Assembly: GCA_963727625.1 (NCBI GenBank)
Contig: CAVSHR010000004.1
Coordinates: 160,001-224,000 of the forward strand
DNA from: an uncultured delta proteobacterium
GTDB lineage: Bacteria; Desulfobacterota; Binatia; UBA9968
Length of the DNA: 64,000 bases
Direction: 5' to 3'
The position numbers were made by a program, and so were the translations under genes. The notes beneath the pieces were generated by a model that worked only from the letters and a program-made list of their open reading frames with translations, was not told where the DNA came from and ran no database searches. Each line of letters begins with the position of its first letter. Within the stretch, counting starts at the first letter, position 1. This document shows positions 48,063 to 58,298 of this stretch, piece after piece.

Positions 48063-50327
48063 ATGACAGTAGGGGTCTCCGTGCCGCGCATCGACGGCAT
48101 CGAAAAAGTCACCGGCGCGGCAAAGTTCACCGGCGATCTTGCCATGCCGGGCTCGCTCGAATGCAAGGTGCTGCGCAGTCCGTTGCCGCATGCGATCATC
48201 GAATCCATCGATACCCGGAAGGCCGAGTCGCTCCGGGGCGTGGTCGGGATTTTAACCCGCGATGATCTCAAAGACATCGATCCCTATTACGGCAATTGCC
48301 TGCGCGATCGAGCGGTGGTGGCGATGGATCGGGTGCGCTTCGTGGGCGAGCCGGTGGCGGTGGTCGCTGCCGAAGATGGACTGACCGCCGAAGAGGCTTT
48401 GTCGCTGATCGAAGTGCGCTACCGCGAATTGCCCTGCATCGCCGACATCGACGCGGCCCTGGCGCAAGGGGCGCCGCGCTTGCATGAGCAATTTGCCAAC
48501 GCCGGGGAATTCCATGACGTGGCCGGCGTGGGCGAAAACTTCGGCGGCAATATTTGTCATCGCGAGCAGTTCGTCAAAGGCGACCCGGACACCGCCTTTT
48601 GCCAGGCCGATGAAATCATCGAGGAGACTTTCGAATTTCCGATGATCTACCAATACTCGATGGAGCCGCACACAGCGGTAGCTCGGTTTGCTTCGGCCGG
48701 CATCAGACTGTGGAGTTCCTCGGCCCATCCCTTTTTGGTGCGCGCCGAGATCGCCCACATGTTTGGCTTGCCTCACTCCAAAGTCGAGGTCATCGTGCCG
48801 TACGTCGGCGGCGCCTACGGCAGCAAATCCTATTTCAAGATTGAACCGCTGGCGGTTGCCATGGCGCGCAAGACCGGCGGCAGGCCGGTGCGCGTGGTGC
48901 AAAGTGTGGCCGAAGCCATGCTGACGACACGGCGCCACTCGGCGCGGGTGCGCATCAAGACCGGCGTCAAACGGGACGGCAGGCTGGCCGCGCGCGAGGC
49001 GGAAGTGTTGATGGATACCGGCGCCTACGCCGACAACGGGCCGCGCGTGGCGAAGCGGGCGATCAGCCGCATGCTCGGGCCCTATCGCTTGGATCACTGC
49101 AAGGTCAATGTTTTGGCAATCTACACGAACACCGTGCCGGCGGGGTCGATGCGCTCGATCGGCGGACCGCAGACGATCTGGGCGTTGGAATCGCACATGG
49201 ACACGATCGCCGATCGCCTGGGCATCGACCCGTTGGAATATCGTCTGCAAAATCTTCTGCGCCGCGGCGATGTGCTAAAACCCGGCGCCACGGCGATCGA
49301 CGCCGATTTATGCGCAGGCACTCAGGCCGCGGTGAATCCATTGAACTGGACAAGCGCAATTCATCATGACGGCGGAGCGTTCGGGGTCGCCGTTGGGGTG
49401 TCGGATTCGGAAGCGATGCCGGTGTCGGTGGCTTTGGTCCGTTTGCTCGCCGACGGCAGCGTGATTTTGAGCGCCGGCACCACCGAAGTCGGTCAGGGCG
49501 CGCGGACGATCTTGGCGCAGATTGTCGCCCAGGAATTGGCAATACCGGTCGAGCGCGTGTCGATGCAAGGAACCGATACCCGCACTACGCCGTTCGACCG
49601 CTCGACCGGCGCAAGCCGTTCGACGACAGTCATGGGCAGCGCCGTCAAAGCCGCAGCCGAAGATCTGTGCCAGCAATTAGTCACCGCCGCCGCTGAGGTT
49701 TTCCACGCGAACACGAGCACGATCACGTTGAATGACGGCGGAGTTTGTTCGGCAAACAAGCGGCTCAGTTTCAGCAAATTAGTCAGCGCGCACTTCGGCA
49801 TGCCCGGCGGCGAATTTATCGGCCGCGGCACCATGCGCCCGAGCGCCGGTCTGGGCTCGACCTTTCCGCTGTTTTGGGAAACCGGCATGGGCGCGGCGGC
49901 GATCCAGGTCGACCGTGACACGGGCGCCATCAGAGTCGACCAGTACGTCACCGTGGCCGATGTCGGCAAAGCGATCAACCCGCAGCAGGCCGAAGGGCAG
50001 GACGAAGGCGCGGCGATTCAAGGATTGGGCGCGACCTTGTTCGAGTCGCTGATCTACGAGCAGGGCCAAGCGCTGAACGCGAATCTGATCGACTATCGCG
50101 TGCCCAGGTTTACCGACTTGCCGGATGATTTCAAATCCGCCTTGATCGAGAACGGCGATGGTCCCGGCCCCTACGGCGCCAAGGGTATGGGCGAATCGGG
50201 CATCGTCTCGGTGGCGCCAGCGGTGGGCAACGCGCTTTATCGCGCCACCGGCGCGCGCGTGCGCGAGTTGCCGCTGACCCCGGAGCGAGTGTGGCACGCG
50301 CTTAAAAAACTTAAACCACATCCCTAG
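48063..50327 (+). CDS. xanthine dehydrogenase family molybdopterin-binding subunit
   Basis: KVTG, GGAYGSK, GAYAD, EVGQG, AKGMGE, ELPLTPERV. Confidence 0.92.
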   Translation: MTVGVSVPRIDGIEKVTGAAKFTGDLAMPGSLECKVLRSPLPHAIIESIDTRKAESLRGVVGILTRDDLKDIDPYYGNCLRDRAVVAMDRVRFVGEPVAVVAAEDGLTAEEALSLIEVRYRELPCIADIDAALAQGAPRLHEQFANAGEFHDVAGVGENFGGNICHREQFVKGDPDTAFCQADEIIEETFEFPMIYQYSMEPHTAVARFASAGIRLWSSSAHPFLVRAEIAHMFGLPHSKVEVIVPYVGGAYGSKSYFKIEPLAVAMARKTGGRPVRVVQSVAEAMLTTRRHSARVRIKTGVKRDGRLAAREAEVLMDTGAYADNGPRVAKRAISRMLGPYRLDHCKVNVLAIYTNTVPAGSMRSIGGPQTIWALESHMDTIADRLGIDPLEYRLQNLLRRGDVLKPGATAIDADLCAGTQAAVNPLNWTSAIHHDGGAFGVAVGVSDSEAMPVSVALVRLLADGSVILSAGTTEVGQGARTILAQIVAQELAIPVERVSMQGTDTRTTPFDRSTGASRSTTVMGSAVKAAAEDLCQQLVTAAAEVFHANTSTITLNDGGVCSANKRLSFSKLVSAHFGMPGGEFIGRGTMRPSAGLGSTFPLFWETGMGAAAIQVDRDTGAIRVDQYVTVADVGKAINPQQAEGQDEGAAIQGLGATLFESLIYEQGQALNANLIDYRVPRFTDLPDDFKSALIENGDGPGPYGAKGMGESGIVSVAPAVGNALYRATGARVRELPLTPERVWHALKKLKPHP

Positions 50328-50337
50328 AAATCACCCC

Positions 50338-51345
50338 ATGAAGTTTTGCGTCCAGCTCAATCCCCAAGTGGCCGTCGACAAACCCGGCGAATCTTTGATG
50401 CAGACCCTGATCGAACAGGTTCGCGTCGCCGACGCCGTCGGCTTCGACGCCTTTTCCATGGGCGATCACCATAACATTCCCGGTTTGCAGCGGCTTAACC
50501 AAGTTCCGGCCCTGGCGCGTTTATGCGCCGAGGCGAAACACTGCGCGGTCGGCACCGCCGTGATGCTGCTCGGCCTGCGCCATCCGGTCACGGTCGCAAG
50601 TGAGTTGGCCAGCCTCGATGTCCTTAATGGCGGCAAATCTTTCTTTGCATTCGGTTTGGGCTATCGTGACGAGGAGCTCAACGCTTTCAACCTGACCAGG
50701 AGCCAGCGCTTCCATCGCTTCATCGAGGGCGTCGAAATCATCAAGCGACTCTGGACCGAAGACAACGTGAGCTTCGACGGGAAAGTTTTCAAGCTGAAGC
50801 ATGTGACCGTCGATCCCAAGCCGATACAAAAACCGCGCCCGCCGATCTGGCTTGCCGCGAATACCGACATCGCGGTTCAGCGCGCGGCCAAACTCGGCGA
50901 TGGTTGGTTGATCGGGCCGCACTCGGCTATCGACGAGCTCGATCGGCAAGTGCAGCTATGCCGGAGCGCGTGGACCGGCGCCGGTAAAGCCGGCGCGCCA
51001 CAGACACCGATCATCCGTGAAACCTTTGTCGCCGATAGCAGGAAAGAAGCCGTCGAAAAAGCCCGCCCCTGTTTAGAGCATCTCTATCGGGGCATCTACG
51101 TCAAGTGGAAACAGAACGAGGCGATGAAGGATCCCGGCGAGCTGAGTTGGGCTTTTGATAAGCTGGCCAAAGGCCGCTTCATCCTCGGCTCGCCATCTGA
51201 GTGTATCGAGCAAATTCATGAATATGAGGAACGGTTGGGGCTATCCTATATGCTGCCGAGATTCGACTGGACGCCGGGCTTGCCTCACGATGAAATTCTC
51301 GCTTCAATGCGCTTATTCGGCGAAAAGGTGATTCAAAGACTCTAG
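50338..51345 (+). CDS. LLM-class flavin-dependent oxidoreductase
   Basis: GDHH, GTAV, GLGYRDEE, PKPIQKPRPPIW, RAAKLGDG. Confidence 0.9.
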   Translation: MKFCVQLNPQVAVDKPGESLMQTLIEQVRVADAVGFDAFSMGDHHNIPGLQRLNQVPALARLCAEAKHCAVGTAVMLLGLRHPVTVASELASLDVLNGGKSFFAFGLGYRDEELNAFNLTRSQRFHRFIEGVEIIKRLWTEDNVSFDGKVFKLKHVTVDPKPIQKPRPPIWLAANTDIAVQRAAKLGDGWLIGPHSAIDELDRQVQLCRSAWTGAGKAGAPQTPIIRETFVADSRKEAVEKARPCLEHLYRGIYVKWKQNEAMKDPGELSWAFDKLAKGRFILGSPSECIEQIHEYEERLGLSYMLPRFDWTPGLPHDEILASMRLFGEKVIQRL

Positions 51346-51370
51346 GCTCAAATAGCAAGGAAGGGCGGTA

Positions 51371-52321
51371 ATGAAACGAATCTTGATTTCCCTCGCGCTG
51401 GCGCTTTGTCTGCTCGGCAGCGCTCCGATGCAGAGCTCGGCCAAAATCATCGTCGGCCTGTCGTCGGTGAACGTGGCTTTCCTGCCGGTATACGTGACCG
51501 AGGCTAAGGGCTTTTTCAAGGCTGAAGGACTCGACGTTTTGCTGGTTCTGTTCAACGCCGGCGCCACCAATCTGCAGGCGCTGATCGGCGGTGACGTGCA
51601 GATCATGGGCAGCGCATTCGTCGAAACCATCGGCGGGCGGGCAGCCGGTATCGATGTGAAAAATTTCTGGGGAATCTGCAATCTGATGCCTTTTCAGCTC
51701 TATTCGCAGCCGGACTTTAAATCGATGAAGCAGGCTAAAGGCAAACGTTTTGCGATCAGCCGATTCGGTTCTTTGACCGATTTTCTTACCCGCGCGACCT
51801 TGCGACACTTCAACCTCAGTGAAAAGGAAGTGACGATCCTGCAGATTGGCAGCACGCCGGCGCGCTTTGCGGCGCTGACAGCCAAGGGCGTGGACGCTTC
51901 GCTGGTCTGGTTCCCGGTGACCGAGATCGCCAAGAAGCAAGGGTACAACAAGCTGCTCGATCTGAAAGAAGTCTTTCCCGAATGGCCCTACGAAACTTTT
52001 GCCGCGCGCGAGTCTTACCTCACCAAAGAAAAGGATCAAGTGACAAAATTTTTGCGCGCCTATCAGAAAGGCGTGAAGTATGCGCGCGAAAATAAGGATG
52101 AGGCGGTCAAGATCATGATGAAATACGTCAAGATCGATCCCGCCTACGCGCCGGCGGGGTACGACGAATACCGCGACTCGTTTCCGCTCAACGGCCAGAT
52201 TGCCGAAAAAGCCATACCGGTGGTGATCGACGAAGAATTCCGCACCGGCAGAATCAGGAAGAAATTGACTTTGGACGATATGGTTGACCGCTCGTTTATC
52301 TCTATGTTAGGCGGGAAGTAA
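51371..52321 (+). CDS. SsuA/THI5-like substrate-binding protein
   Basis: Signal peptide, KGFFKAEGLDV, KGKRFAISRFGS. Confidence 0.88.
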   Translation: MKRILISLALALCLLGSAPMQSSAKIIVGLSSVNVAFLPVYVTEAKGFFKAEGLDVLLVLFNAGATNLQALIGGDVQIMGSAFVETIGGRAAGIDVKNFWGICNLMPFQLYSQPDFKSMKQAKGKRFAISRFGSLTDFLTRATLRHFNLSEKEVTILQIGSTPARFAALTAKGVDASLVWFPVTEIAKKQGYNKLLDLKEVFPEWPYETFAARESYLTKEKDQVTKFLRAYQKGVKYARENKDEAVKIMMKYVKIDPAYAPAGYDEYRDSFPLNGQIAEKAIPVVIDEEFRTGRIRKKLTLDDMVDRSFISMLGGK

Positions 52322-52348
52322 GCGAAACCCAAGCCGGAGGAGGATTCT

Positions 52349-53443
52349 ATGATTATCGATCTTGATTCTCATTTGCGGGAAGGTTACTTCATGGACGAGG
52401 TTTACAATCTCCCGGAGCCCTATGCGCGTTTCACGCCGCAGAAATCCGGCGAAGGCCGGAATCATAACACCAAGTGGGTGCATCAGCTCGATCCCGGCGA
52501 CCCGCAGGGTCGCGCTGCGCACAAACATCCCTATATTTACGATCCCAAGGTCAACTGGCGCAATGGCGAAATCGCCGCGCGCCAGATCGCCGGCCACGAC
52601 ATGGAATTTCGCTTCAACGATATCAAGAAAGAGGGGATCGATAAGCAAATTCTCTTTGCCACGGGCATCAGCGTTGCCACGGAAAACGTTGGCGGCCTCG
52701 GGCTGGCTTGCGCGCAGTCGTACAATAACTGGGTCAAAAAACTGGTCAAAGGGCATGAAAATACGTTTTTGCCGGTGGCGATGGCGCCGGCCGGTTGCCC
52801 GGAAGAGATGGCCAACGAATTGCGCCGCTGCGTCAAGGAACTCGGCTTCAAGGCGTCGCATCTGGTTCCGTACATCGGCCGAAGAAACCTCGACCATCCG
52901 AGCTTCTTTCCGTACTATCAAACCGCAGAAGAACTCGGCGTGCCGCTTTTCTGCCACCCGAACAGCAACGGCGAGTTGACCGATCGCTTCGACAACTTTT
53001 TTAAAACCCATGTGCTCGGACGGGTGATGAATTGCACGCCCGCTTTGGTCGCGCTGGTGCTCGGCGGCGTGTTCGAGATGTTTCCCAAGCTCAAAGTGGC
53101 CTTCTTTGAATGCAGCGCCGAATGGCCGCTCTACTGGATGCATCGAATGGACGACGACTGGGAGTGGGCCAAGGACTTTCCGCAGATCTCCGGCCAGCTC
53201 AAAATGCCGCCTTCCGAATACGTGAAACGAAATTGCTATGTGACCTGCGAAGCGGACGAGGGCGACATGAGCCAATCGCTCAAAGAAGTCGGCGAAGATC
53301 ATATTTTGATGGCCACCGACTATCCGCACTTCGACTCGGAATTTCCCCACACCGTGTCAGGGATCATGGAGCGCTCGGATCTGACCAAGCGACAAAAAGA
53401 AAAGATTTGTGGGGAGAATGCCGCGAAACTGCTGAACCTCTAA
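52349..53443 (+). CDS. amidohydrolase-2 family protein
   Basis: IIDLDSH, FCHP, FFECS, ATDYPHFD, ENAAKL. Confidence 0.9.
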   Translation: MIIDLDSHLREGYFMDEVYNLPEPYARFTPQKSGEGRNHNTKWVHQLDPGDPQGRAAHKHPYIYDPKVNWRNGEIAARQIAGHDMEFRFNDIKKEGIDKQILFATGISVATENVGGLGLACAQSYNNWVKKLVKGHENTFLPVAMAPAGCPEEMANELRRCVKELGFKASHLVPYIGRRNLDHPSFFPYYQTAEELGVPLFCHPNSNGELTDRFDNFFKTHVLGRVMNCTPALVALVLGGVFEMFPKLKVAFFECSAEWPLYWMHRMDDDWEWAKDFPQISGQLKMPPSEYVKRNCYVTCEADEGDMSQSLKEVGEDHILMATDYPHFDSEFPHTVSGIMERSDLTKRQKEKICGENAAKLLNL

Positions 53444-53470
53444 CCGATTAGACTAAAGTTCATCTCTTGG

Positions 53471-53513
53471 GCGCCGGCGGAGCGAAGCAACTCTCCGACC
53501 GGCGCTTTTTTTT
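53471..53513 (+). terminator. rho-independent terminator
   Basis: GCGCCGG-CGGAG...CTCCG-ACCGGCGC followed by T8. Confidence 0.82.
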
Positions 53514-53668
53514 CGCTTTGATACGCCGCAGCGATCGCCGTGAAAATGCTTCTTGTCAGATCGCAGCCGGTTGTATTATTGTCTGAAGCGATGCTAAGCA
53601 CTACGAGAATGCCGGTACCAAGCTGCAACAAACTTTGGCTGAATCGGTACTAAAGGGAGGGCTCGGAG

Positions 53669-54760
53669 ATGGCGATTGACGGAATGAAAGTGATCGATCT
53701 CGATAGTCATTTGGTCGGTGACCTGGAAAATTGGCACCAAACGGTTGAAGCCAAGTATAAAGAGTTCCTGCCGCACAAGCTGCCGACCAAGGACAATGAG
53801 CGAAGAAAAACCCTGGTCGGCAATCAAATCATGATCGGCTCGGAGCTTGGCCGGCAGAAAGCGGAAAAGAAAGAATGGGTCACCGAGGCCGATCTCACAT
53901 CGCAGGGACGCGTGCGCAACATGGACTTGGACGGCATCGACGTTGCGGTGCTGTCGCCCAATTCGCCGGCACTCGACATCCTGTGGTTCGCCGACGACCC
54001 GGAGTTGGCGGCGGCGTACGCGCGCGCGCAGAACAATTACATGAACTGGTACGCATCGCAGCAACCGGGTCGGCTCATGTGGGCGGGGGTTATCCCCCTC
54101 CAAGACCCAAAAGAAGCGATCCAGGAGCTGCACCGCTCACGAGAACTGGGGAGCAAGGCGCTCAACGTCAAAGCGACACCGATCCCCGGCAAGGAATGGT
54201 GGAACCCGCACTTCGATCCGATCTTCGATGAGCTGGAAAAGACCAAAACACCGATCATTTTCCACGACACCAAGACCGGCTCCATGGGCCATGACCGGTT
54301 CGCCGATAATTTCTTCTTTTCGCACATGGTTGGCCGCACCATCGAGAGCATGGTTTGCTTAATGATTTACCTATGCGGCGGTGTCATGGAAAAACATCCG
54401 GACCTGAAAATAATCTGCTTGGAGACCGGCGCCTCGCAAATGCCCTGGTGGCTTTCACGCATGGACGAACACTGGGAGAAATTGCCGCATCTCGTGCCGT
54501 GGCAGAAGCGCAAGCCCTCGGACATTTTCAACCAAAGTGTTTACGTCGGCTGTGAGCCCTTCGAGGACGGCTTGTTCGAATGGGCGGTGGAATATTTAGG
54601 CGGCGATCGCCTCGTGCTCGCCACCGACTCGCCGCATTGGGATTCCTCCCAACCCGGCCAGGTCACCGGCCCGGTCGCCAAGAGCACGAAAATCTCTCGG
54701 GAGAACAAGCGGAAAGTTCTGGGTGAGAACGCAATTAATTTACTCGGGCTGGGGCTTTGA
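53669..54760 (+). CDS. amidohydrolase-2 family protein
   Basis: VIDLDSH, IIFH, LETG, ATDSPHWD. Confidence 0.9.
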   Translation: MAIDGMKVIDLDSHLVGDLENWHQTVEAKYKEFLPHKLPTKDNERRKTLVGNQIMIGSELGRQKAEKKEWVTEADLTSQGRVRNMDLDGIDVAVLSPNSPALDILWFADDPELAAAYARAQNNYMNWYASQQPGRLMWAGVIPLQDPKEAIQELHRSRELGSKALNVKATPIPGKEWWNPHFDPIFDELEKTKTPIIFHDTKTGSMGHDRFADNFFFSHMVGRTIESMVCLMIYLCGGVMEKHPDLKIICLETGASQMPWWLSRMDEHWEKLPHLVPWQKRKPSDIFNQSVYVGCEPFEDGLFEWAVEYLGGDRLVLATDSPHWDSSQPGQVTGPVAKSTKISRENKRKVLGENAINLLGLGL

Positions 54761-54794
54761 TCGGCGAGTAGTTATGTGACGAAAGGGAACAGGA

Positions 54795-55808
54795 ATGGCT
54801 AGATTATTTTGGGTTTTGGTGACTGTCTTATTGTCTACGGTGCCGGCAAACCGTGTTCAAGCTGCTCCGGCAATGCGCAAGATCGTGGTCGCCTATGCCG
54901 CGATGAATGCGCGGGTGGCGCCTTTGTGGGTAGCGCGAGAGCATGGATTTTTCGCGAAGTATGGAGTTCAGGGGGAGACCTTGTTCGTTCGCGGTGCGCC
55001 AACTCTGGTTAGTGCCCTGACAACGGGAGACGTCGATGTGGGTTATACAGGCGGCACCGCCGTGATCGGGGCGGCAGCCGGCGGCTCAGATCTCAAAATT
55101 CTCGCGGCCCTGACGAATCGCGTAACCTATGATCTTGTCGTTAGACCGGGGATCAAGAGGCCGGAGGATCTTCGCGGTAAGACGTTTGGCGTTCAAAGCA
55201 TCGGCGGTACGGTATGGATGGGCGCAATCCTGGGATTGGAGCATCTCGGGCTCAATCCAGAGAGGGACAAAATTAATATCATCGTGGCAGGGGATCAAAC
55301 CGTGTTGGCGCAAGCCGTCGCGACGGGTACCATCGACGCGACCGTCTTGGACGGCGTTCAGAGCCGCCGGTTGCAAGCGATGGGACTTACGATTCTCGCA
55401 AGTCTAGCCAAGGCTAATTTGCCCATTCTGAGCGTCGGAATCGTCGCGCGAGAATCCCATATCAAAAAAAACCCGGAAATCATCGAGAGCGTCATGAAAG
55501 CGCTCCTCGAAGGGCTGGCGTTTTCTCTCTCACCAACGCGAAAACCGGAGACATTGAAGGTCGTACGAAAATATCTCAAAGTCGATGCGCAGTCGGCCGA
55601 AGAAGGATATAAGGATATGATAATCGGCTTTGACCGCAAGCCATACCCCTCGCCCAAAGGCGCTGCCAACATCATTCGGCTCATGCAGACACGAAACCCC
55701 AAAGTGGCAAAGGTCAAACCTGAAGATGTAATAGAAGACAGCATCTTAAGGAAACTCGATGAGAGCGGTTTCATCGATGAGATGTATGCCAAGTACGGCG
55801 TGAAATAA
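54795..55808 (+). CDS. SsuA/THI5-like substrate-binding protein
   Basis: Signal peptide, GFFAKYG, DLRGKTFGVQSIGG. Confidence 0.88.
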   Translation: MARLFWVLVTVLLSTVPANRVQAAPAMRKIVVAYAAMNARVAPLWVAREHGFFAKYGVQGETLFVRGAPTLVSALTTGDVDVGYTGGTAVIGAAAGGSDLKILAALTNRVTYDLVVRPGIKRPEDLRGKTFGVQSIGGTVWMGAILGLEHLGLNPERDKINIIVAGDQTVLAQAVATGTIDATVLDGVQSRRLQAMGLTILASLAKANLPILSVGIVARESHIKKNPEIIESVMKALLEGLAFSLSPTRKPETLKVVRKYLKVDAQSAEEGYKDMIIGFDRKPYPSPKGAANIIRLMQTRNPKVAKVKPEDVIEDSILRKLDESGFIDEMYAKYGVK

Positions 55809-55945
55809 ATCGTGCTCGTGACTCGCGCTTGGGTTCGGTGACGCGAGCGAGCCGCGAACACGATCGCGTAAAACATGGCGGTTCTGCGTGTATGTAAAAA
55901 TTCCACTATGACCCAAGTGCTGAAGATCGGCTAAGGAGATCAGCG

Positions 55946-57058
55946 ATGTATATCGACGGAGACACTCATTACTGGCCGCTGCGCTTCATCGAAAAGGTGT
56001 CGCATCCGGGCAAAGGTCACATAGAGATCACGCCAGATACCGGCAATTATTTGCGTTACGGTAACGCAGTACCGGGCAAGGTCGCGACCTACTTTCGCGA
56101 TGGTAAAAAAATCCATTCCTTCAAAGAAGGGCGCTGGAGCATACCCCTGCGCGCCGAGTTCATGAAAAAGGATGGATTCGACAGACAGGTTTTAATCCCG
56201 GACAATCGGCCGTTGATCTACGAATGCGACCCGGAACTGGGCCGCCAGCTCGCGCGCGCCTATAACGATACAGTGGCGGAAGATATCCAGGGCGACGATC
56301 GTTTTATCGGCTGCGCCTGGATTTATTTGCCGGATATCCAGGAATCGGTCAAAGAACTGCGCCGCGCGGTCAAGGAGCTCGGTCTCAAAGCGATAAAATT
56401 CAACGGCGGTTGGGGCGACGGCGATTTGGATAATGAAGTGCTCTTCCCGCTTTATGAAGAAATCGCCGATCTGAATATCCCGATTTTGCTTCATCCCGCC
56501 GCGCGCGTGTTCGAATTACAACATAGCCATCCCTGGCTCGTCGGTGCCGAACGCTTCCGGGGCTACCAGCATTTCCCGACGGCACTGGGCTTTCCGCTGA
56601 CTTATATGGTCAGCGCCGCGCGATTGATCTTCGGCGGTGTGCTCGATCGCTTTCCGACCTTGAAGTTCGGTTTTTTCGAAGGCGGTATAGGCTGGGTGCC
56701 CTGGCTCATGCACACCCTCGACGCGCATATGCCGAACGAGTCTACGGTGTCCGTGTCCGTGCAACAGTTTTTCGAAGGCAAGAAAGGGATCAAGAAAAAA
56801 CCGAGTGAGTATTTCGATCAATTCTACATCGCTTGCGTGTCGTGGGAATCCTATCTAGCCGACACGGTGAATGGCTGGCCCAACCACAACATCATCATCG
56901 GCAGCGACTTCGACCACGGCGACGCGGTGGCCACCTGGCCGAAAACGGTCGACGTCATCAGGCAGATGAAAAATCTCGCCGAGGTCGACAAAGAAAAAGT
57001 TCTCGGCGGTAACGCGATGAGATTGTTTGGCTTGAACGGGAACGGCACGGCTCATTGA
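55946..57058 (+). CDS. amidohydrolase-2 family protein (ACMSD/LigW-like)
   Basis: IDGDTH, LLHP, FFEGG, GSDFDH, GGNAMRLF. Confidence 0.9.
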   Translation: MYIDGDTHYWPLRFIEKVSHPGKGHIEITPDTGNYLRYGNAVPGKVATYFRDGKKIHSFKEGRWSIPLRAEFMKKDGFDRQVLIPDNRPLIYECDPELGRQLARAYNDTVAEDIQGDDRFIGCAWIYLPDIQESVKELRRAVKELGLKAIKFNGGWGDGDLDNEVLFPLYEEIADLNIPILLHPAARVFELQHSHPWLVGAERFRGYQHFPTALGFPLTYMVSAARLIFGGVLDRFPTLKFGFFEGGIGWVPWLMHTLDAHMPNESTVSVSVQQFFEGKKGIKKKPSEYFDQFYIACVSWESYLADTVNGWPNHNIIIGSDFDHGDAVATWPKTVDVIRQMKNLAEVDKEKVLGGNAMRLFGLNGNGTAH

Positions 57059-57264
57059 CAAAACGAGCGGTAAGGAAACCGGCGTTGTAGTCACCTCCCG
57101 TTGGCAGCCCTGCAACTCGGCCATTTGCGCTTAACATAAAATATCTGTTTAACTGTCGGTTTGCCTGGTATTTCCACCTGACGCGGTTTGCCGCGGTTCG
57201 GTTTATCTCCCGTCTTGATCATGCGATACTAACCGAGATTTTTGATTGAAAGGGAGATCGGATT

Positions 57265-58101
57265 GTGCCACCCCATATTCTTCGTATCGACTGTTCCGAT
57301 GAGCCCGGTTTAGTCCACAAGATCACCGGCGTGCTCTACAATGCCGGCTACAATATTCTAAGTAATCAAGAGTTTGTCGACCTGGAAGCGAAGCATTTCT
57401 TCATGCGCACGGCATTTGAGGGAGGGACCGAACCGGATCGTGTGGTGTCCTATCTGGAACAGATACTGCCAAAATATGCGGTGGTTAAATTGACCGCGGT
57501 GAATCACCAAGCGATCGTTATCATGGCGACCACCGAGGCGCACTGTCTAGGCGATCTACTGATCCGCCATTATTCCGGCGAATTGCCGGCGCAGATCCGC
57601 GCGGTGGTCAGCAATCACGAAAAACTAAAAGCGCTTGTGGAGCAATTCGGCGTCCCGTTTCACTATGTCGGCCATCAGAATATCGAGCGTGCGGCCCATG
57701 AAGACCTGGTCGTTGATGTGATCAAGGATTACGCGCCGGAATACATCGTTCTGGCAAAGTACATGCGGATACTTTCACCCAAGTTCGTGGCGCGTTATCC
57801 GAACCGGATGATCAACATTCACCACTCCTTTTTGCCGGCGTTCATCGGCGCCAAGCCGTACCACCAGGCGTACCATCGCGGCGTCAAAATCATCGGCGCG
57901 ACCGCGCATATCGTCACCGACGATCTCGACACCGGGCCGATCATCGCCCAAAGCGTCATCCCGGTGAATCATACCCACAGCGCGACCGCGATGGTGCAAG
58001 CGGGCAGGGACGTGGAAAAGGTCGTTCTGGCAAAGGCCGTGAAGCTGGCGCTCGAAGAGCGGGTTTTTTTGCACGGCAATCGAACGATCATCTTCGAGTA
58101 G
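57265..58101 (+). CDS. purU: formyltetrahydrofolate deformylase
   Basis: ACT domain, HCLGDLL, LAKYMRILS, INIHHSFLPAF, GATAH. Confidence 0.95.
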   Translation: MPPHILRIDCSDEPGLVHKITGVLYNAGYNILSNQEFVDLEAKHFFMRTAFEGGTEPDRVVSYLEQILPKYAVVKLTAVNHQAIVIMATTEAHCLGDLLIRHYSGELPAQIRAVVSNHEKLKALVEQFGVPFHYVGHQNIERAAHEDLVVDVIKDYAPEYIVLAKYMRILSPKFVARYPNRMINIHHSFLPAFIGAKPYHQAYHRGVKIIGATAHIVTDDLDTGPIIAQSVIPVNHTHSATAMVQAGRDVEKVVLAKAVKLALEERVFLHGNRTIIFE

Positions 58102-58298
58102 GCGCATCCGTTCGCAAAGCCGACCTCTGTGCCTTAGTATAAGGCTCGAGGGCAACATTGCTCTCCGCCCTAATTTGAATTTCTCCGCAGAGCGCCACCT
58201 CGACGGCGTCGCCGTCTACGCAGTTGGATTGACAATATCGGAAGCATTGGATAAATCTTTTTGCATAAAATTTTTCATAAATTTACTAGGAGGCCGAC

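Noticed and set aside
57059-57264. ZTP (pfl) or other riboswitch upstream of purU
   Set aside because: The conserved GACUGGCG...CGCCUGGG elements are not visible.
58229-58257. Sigma-70 promoter upstream of the UbiD gene
   Set aside because: Perfect TTGACA but only a weak -10 at the proper spacing; not enough to call.
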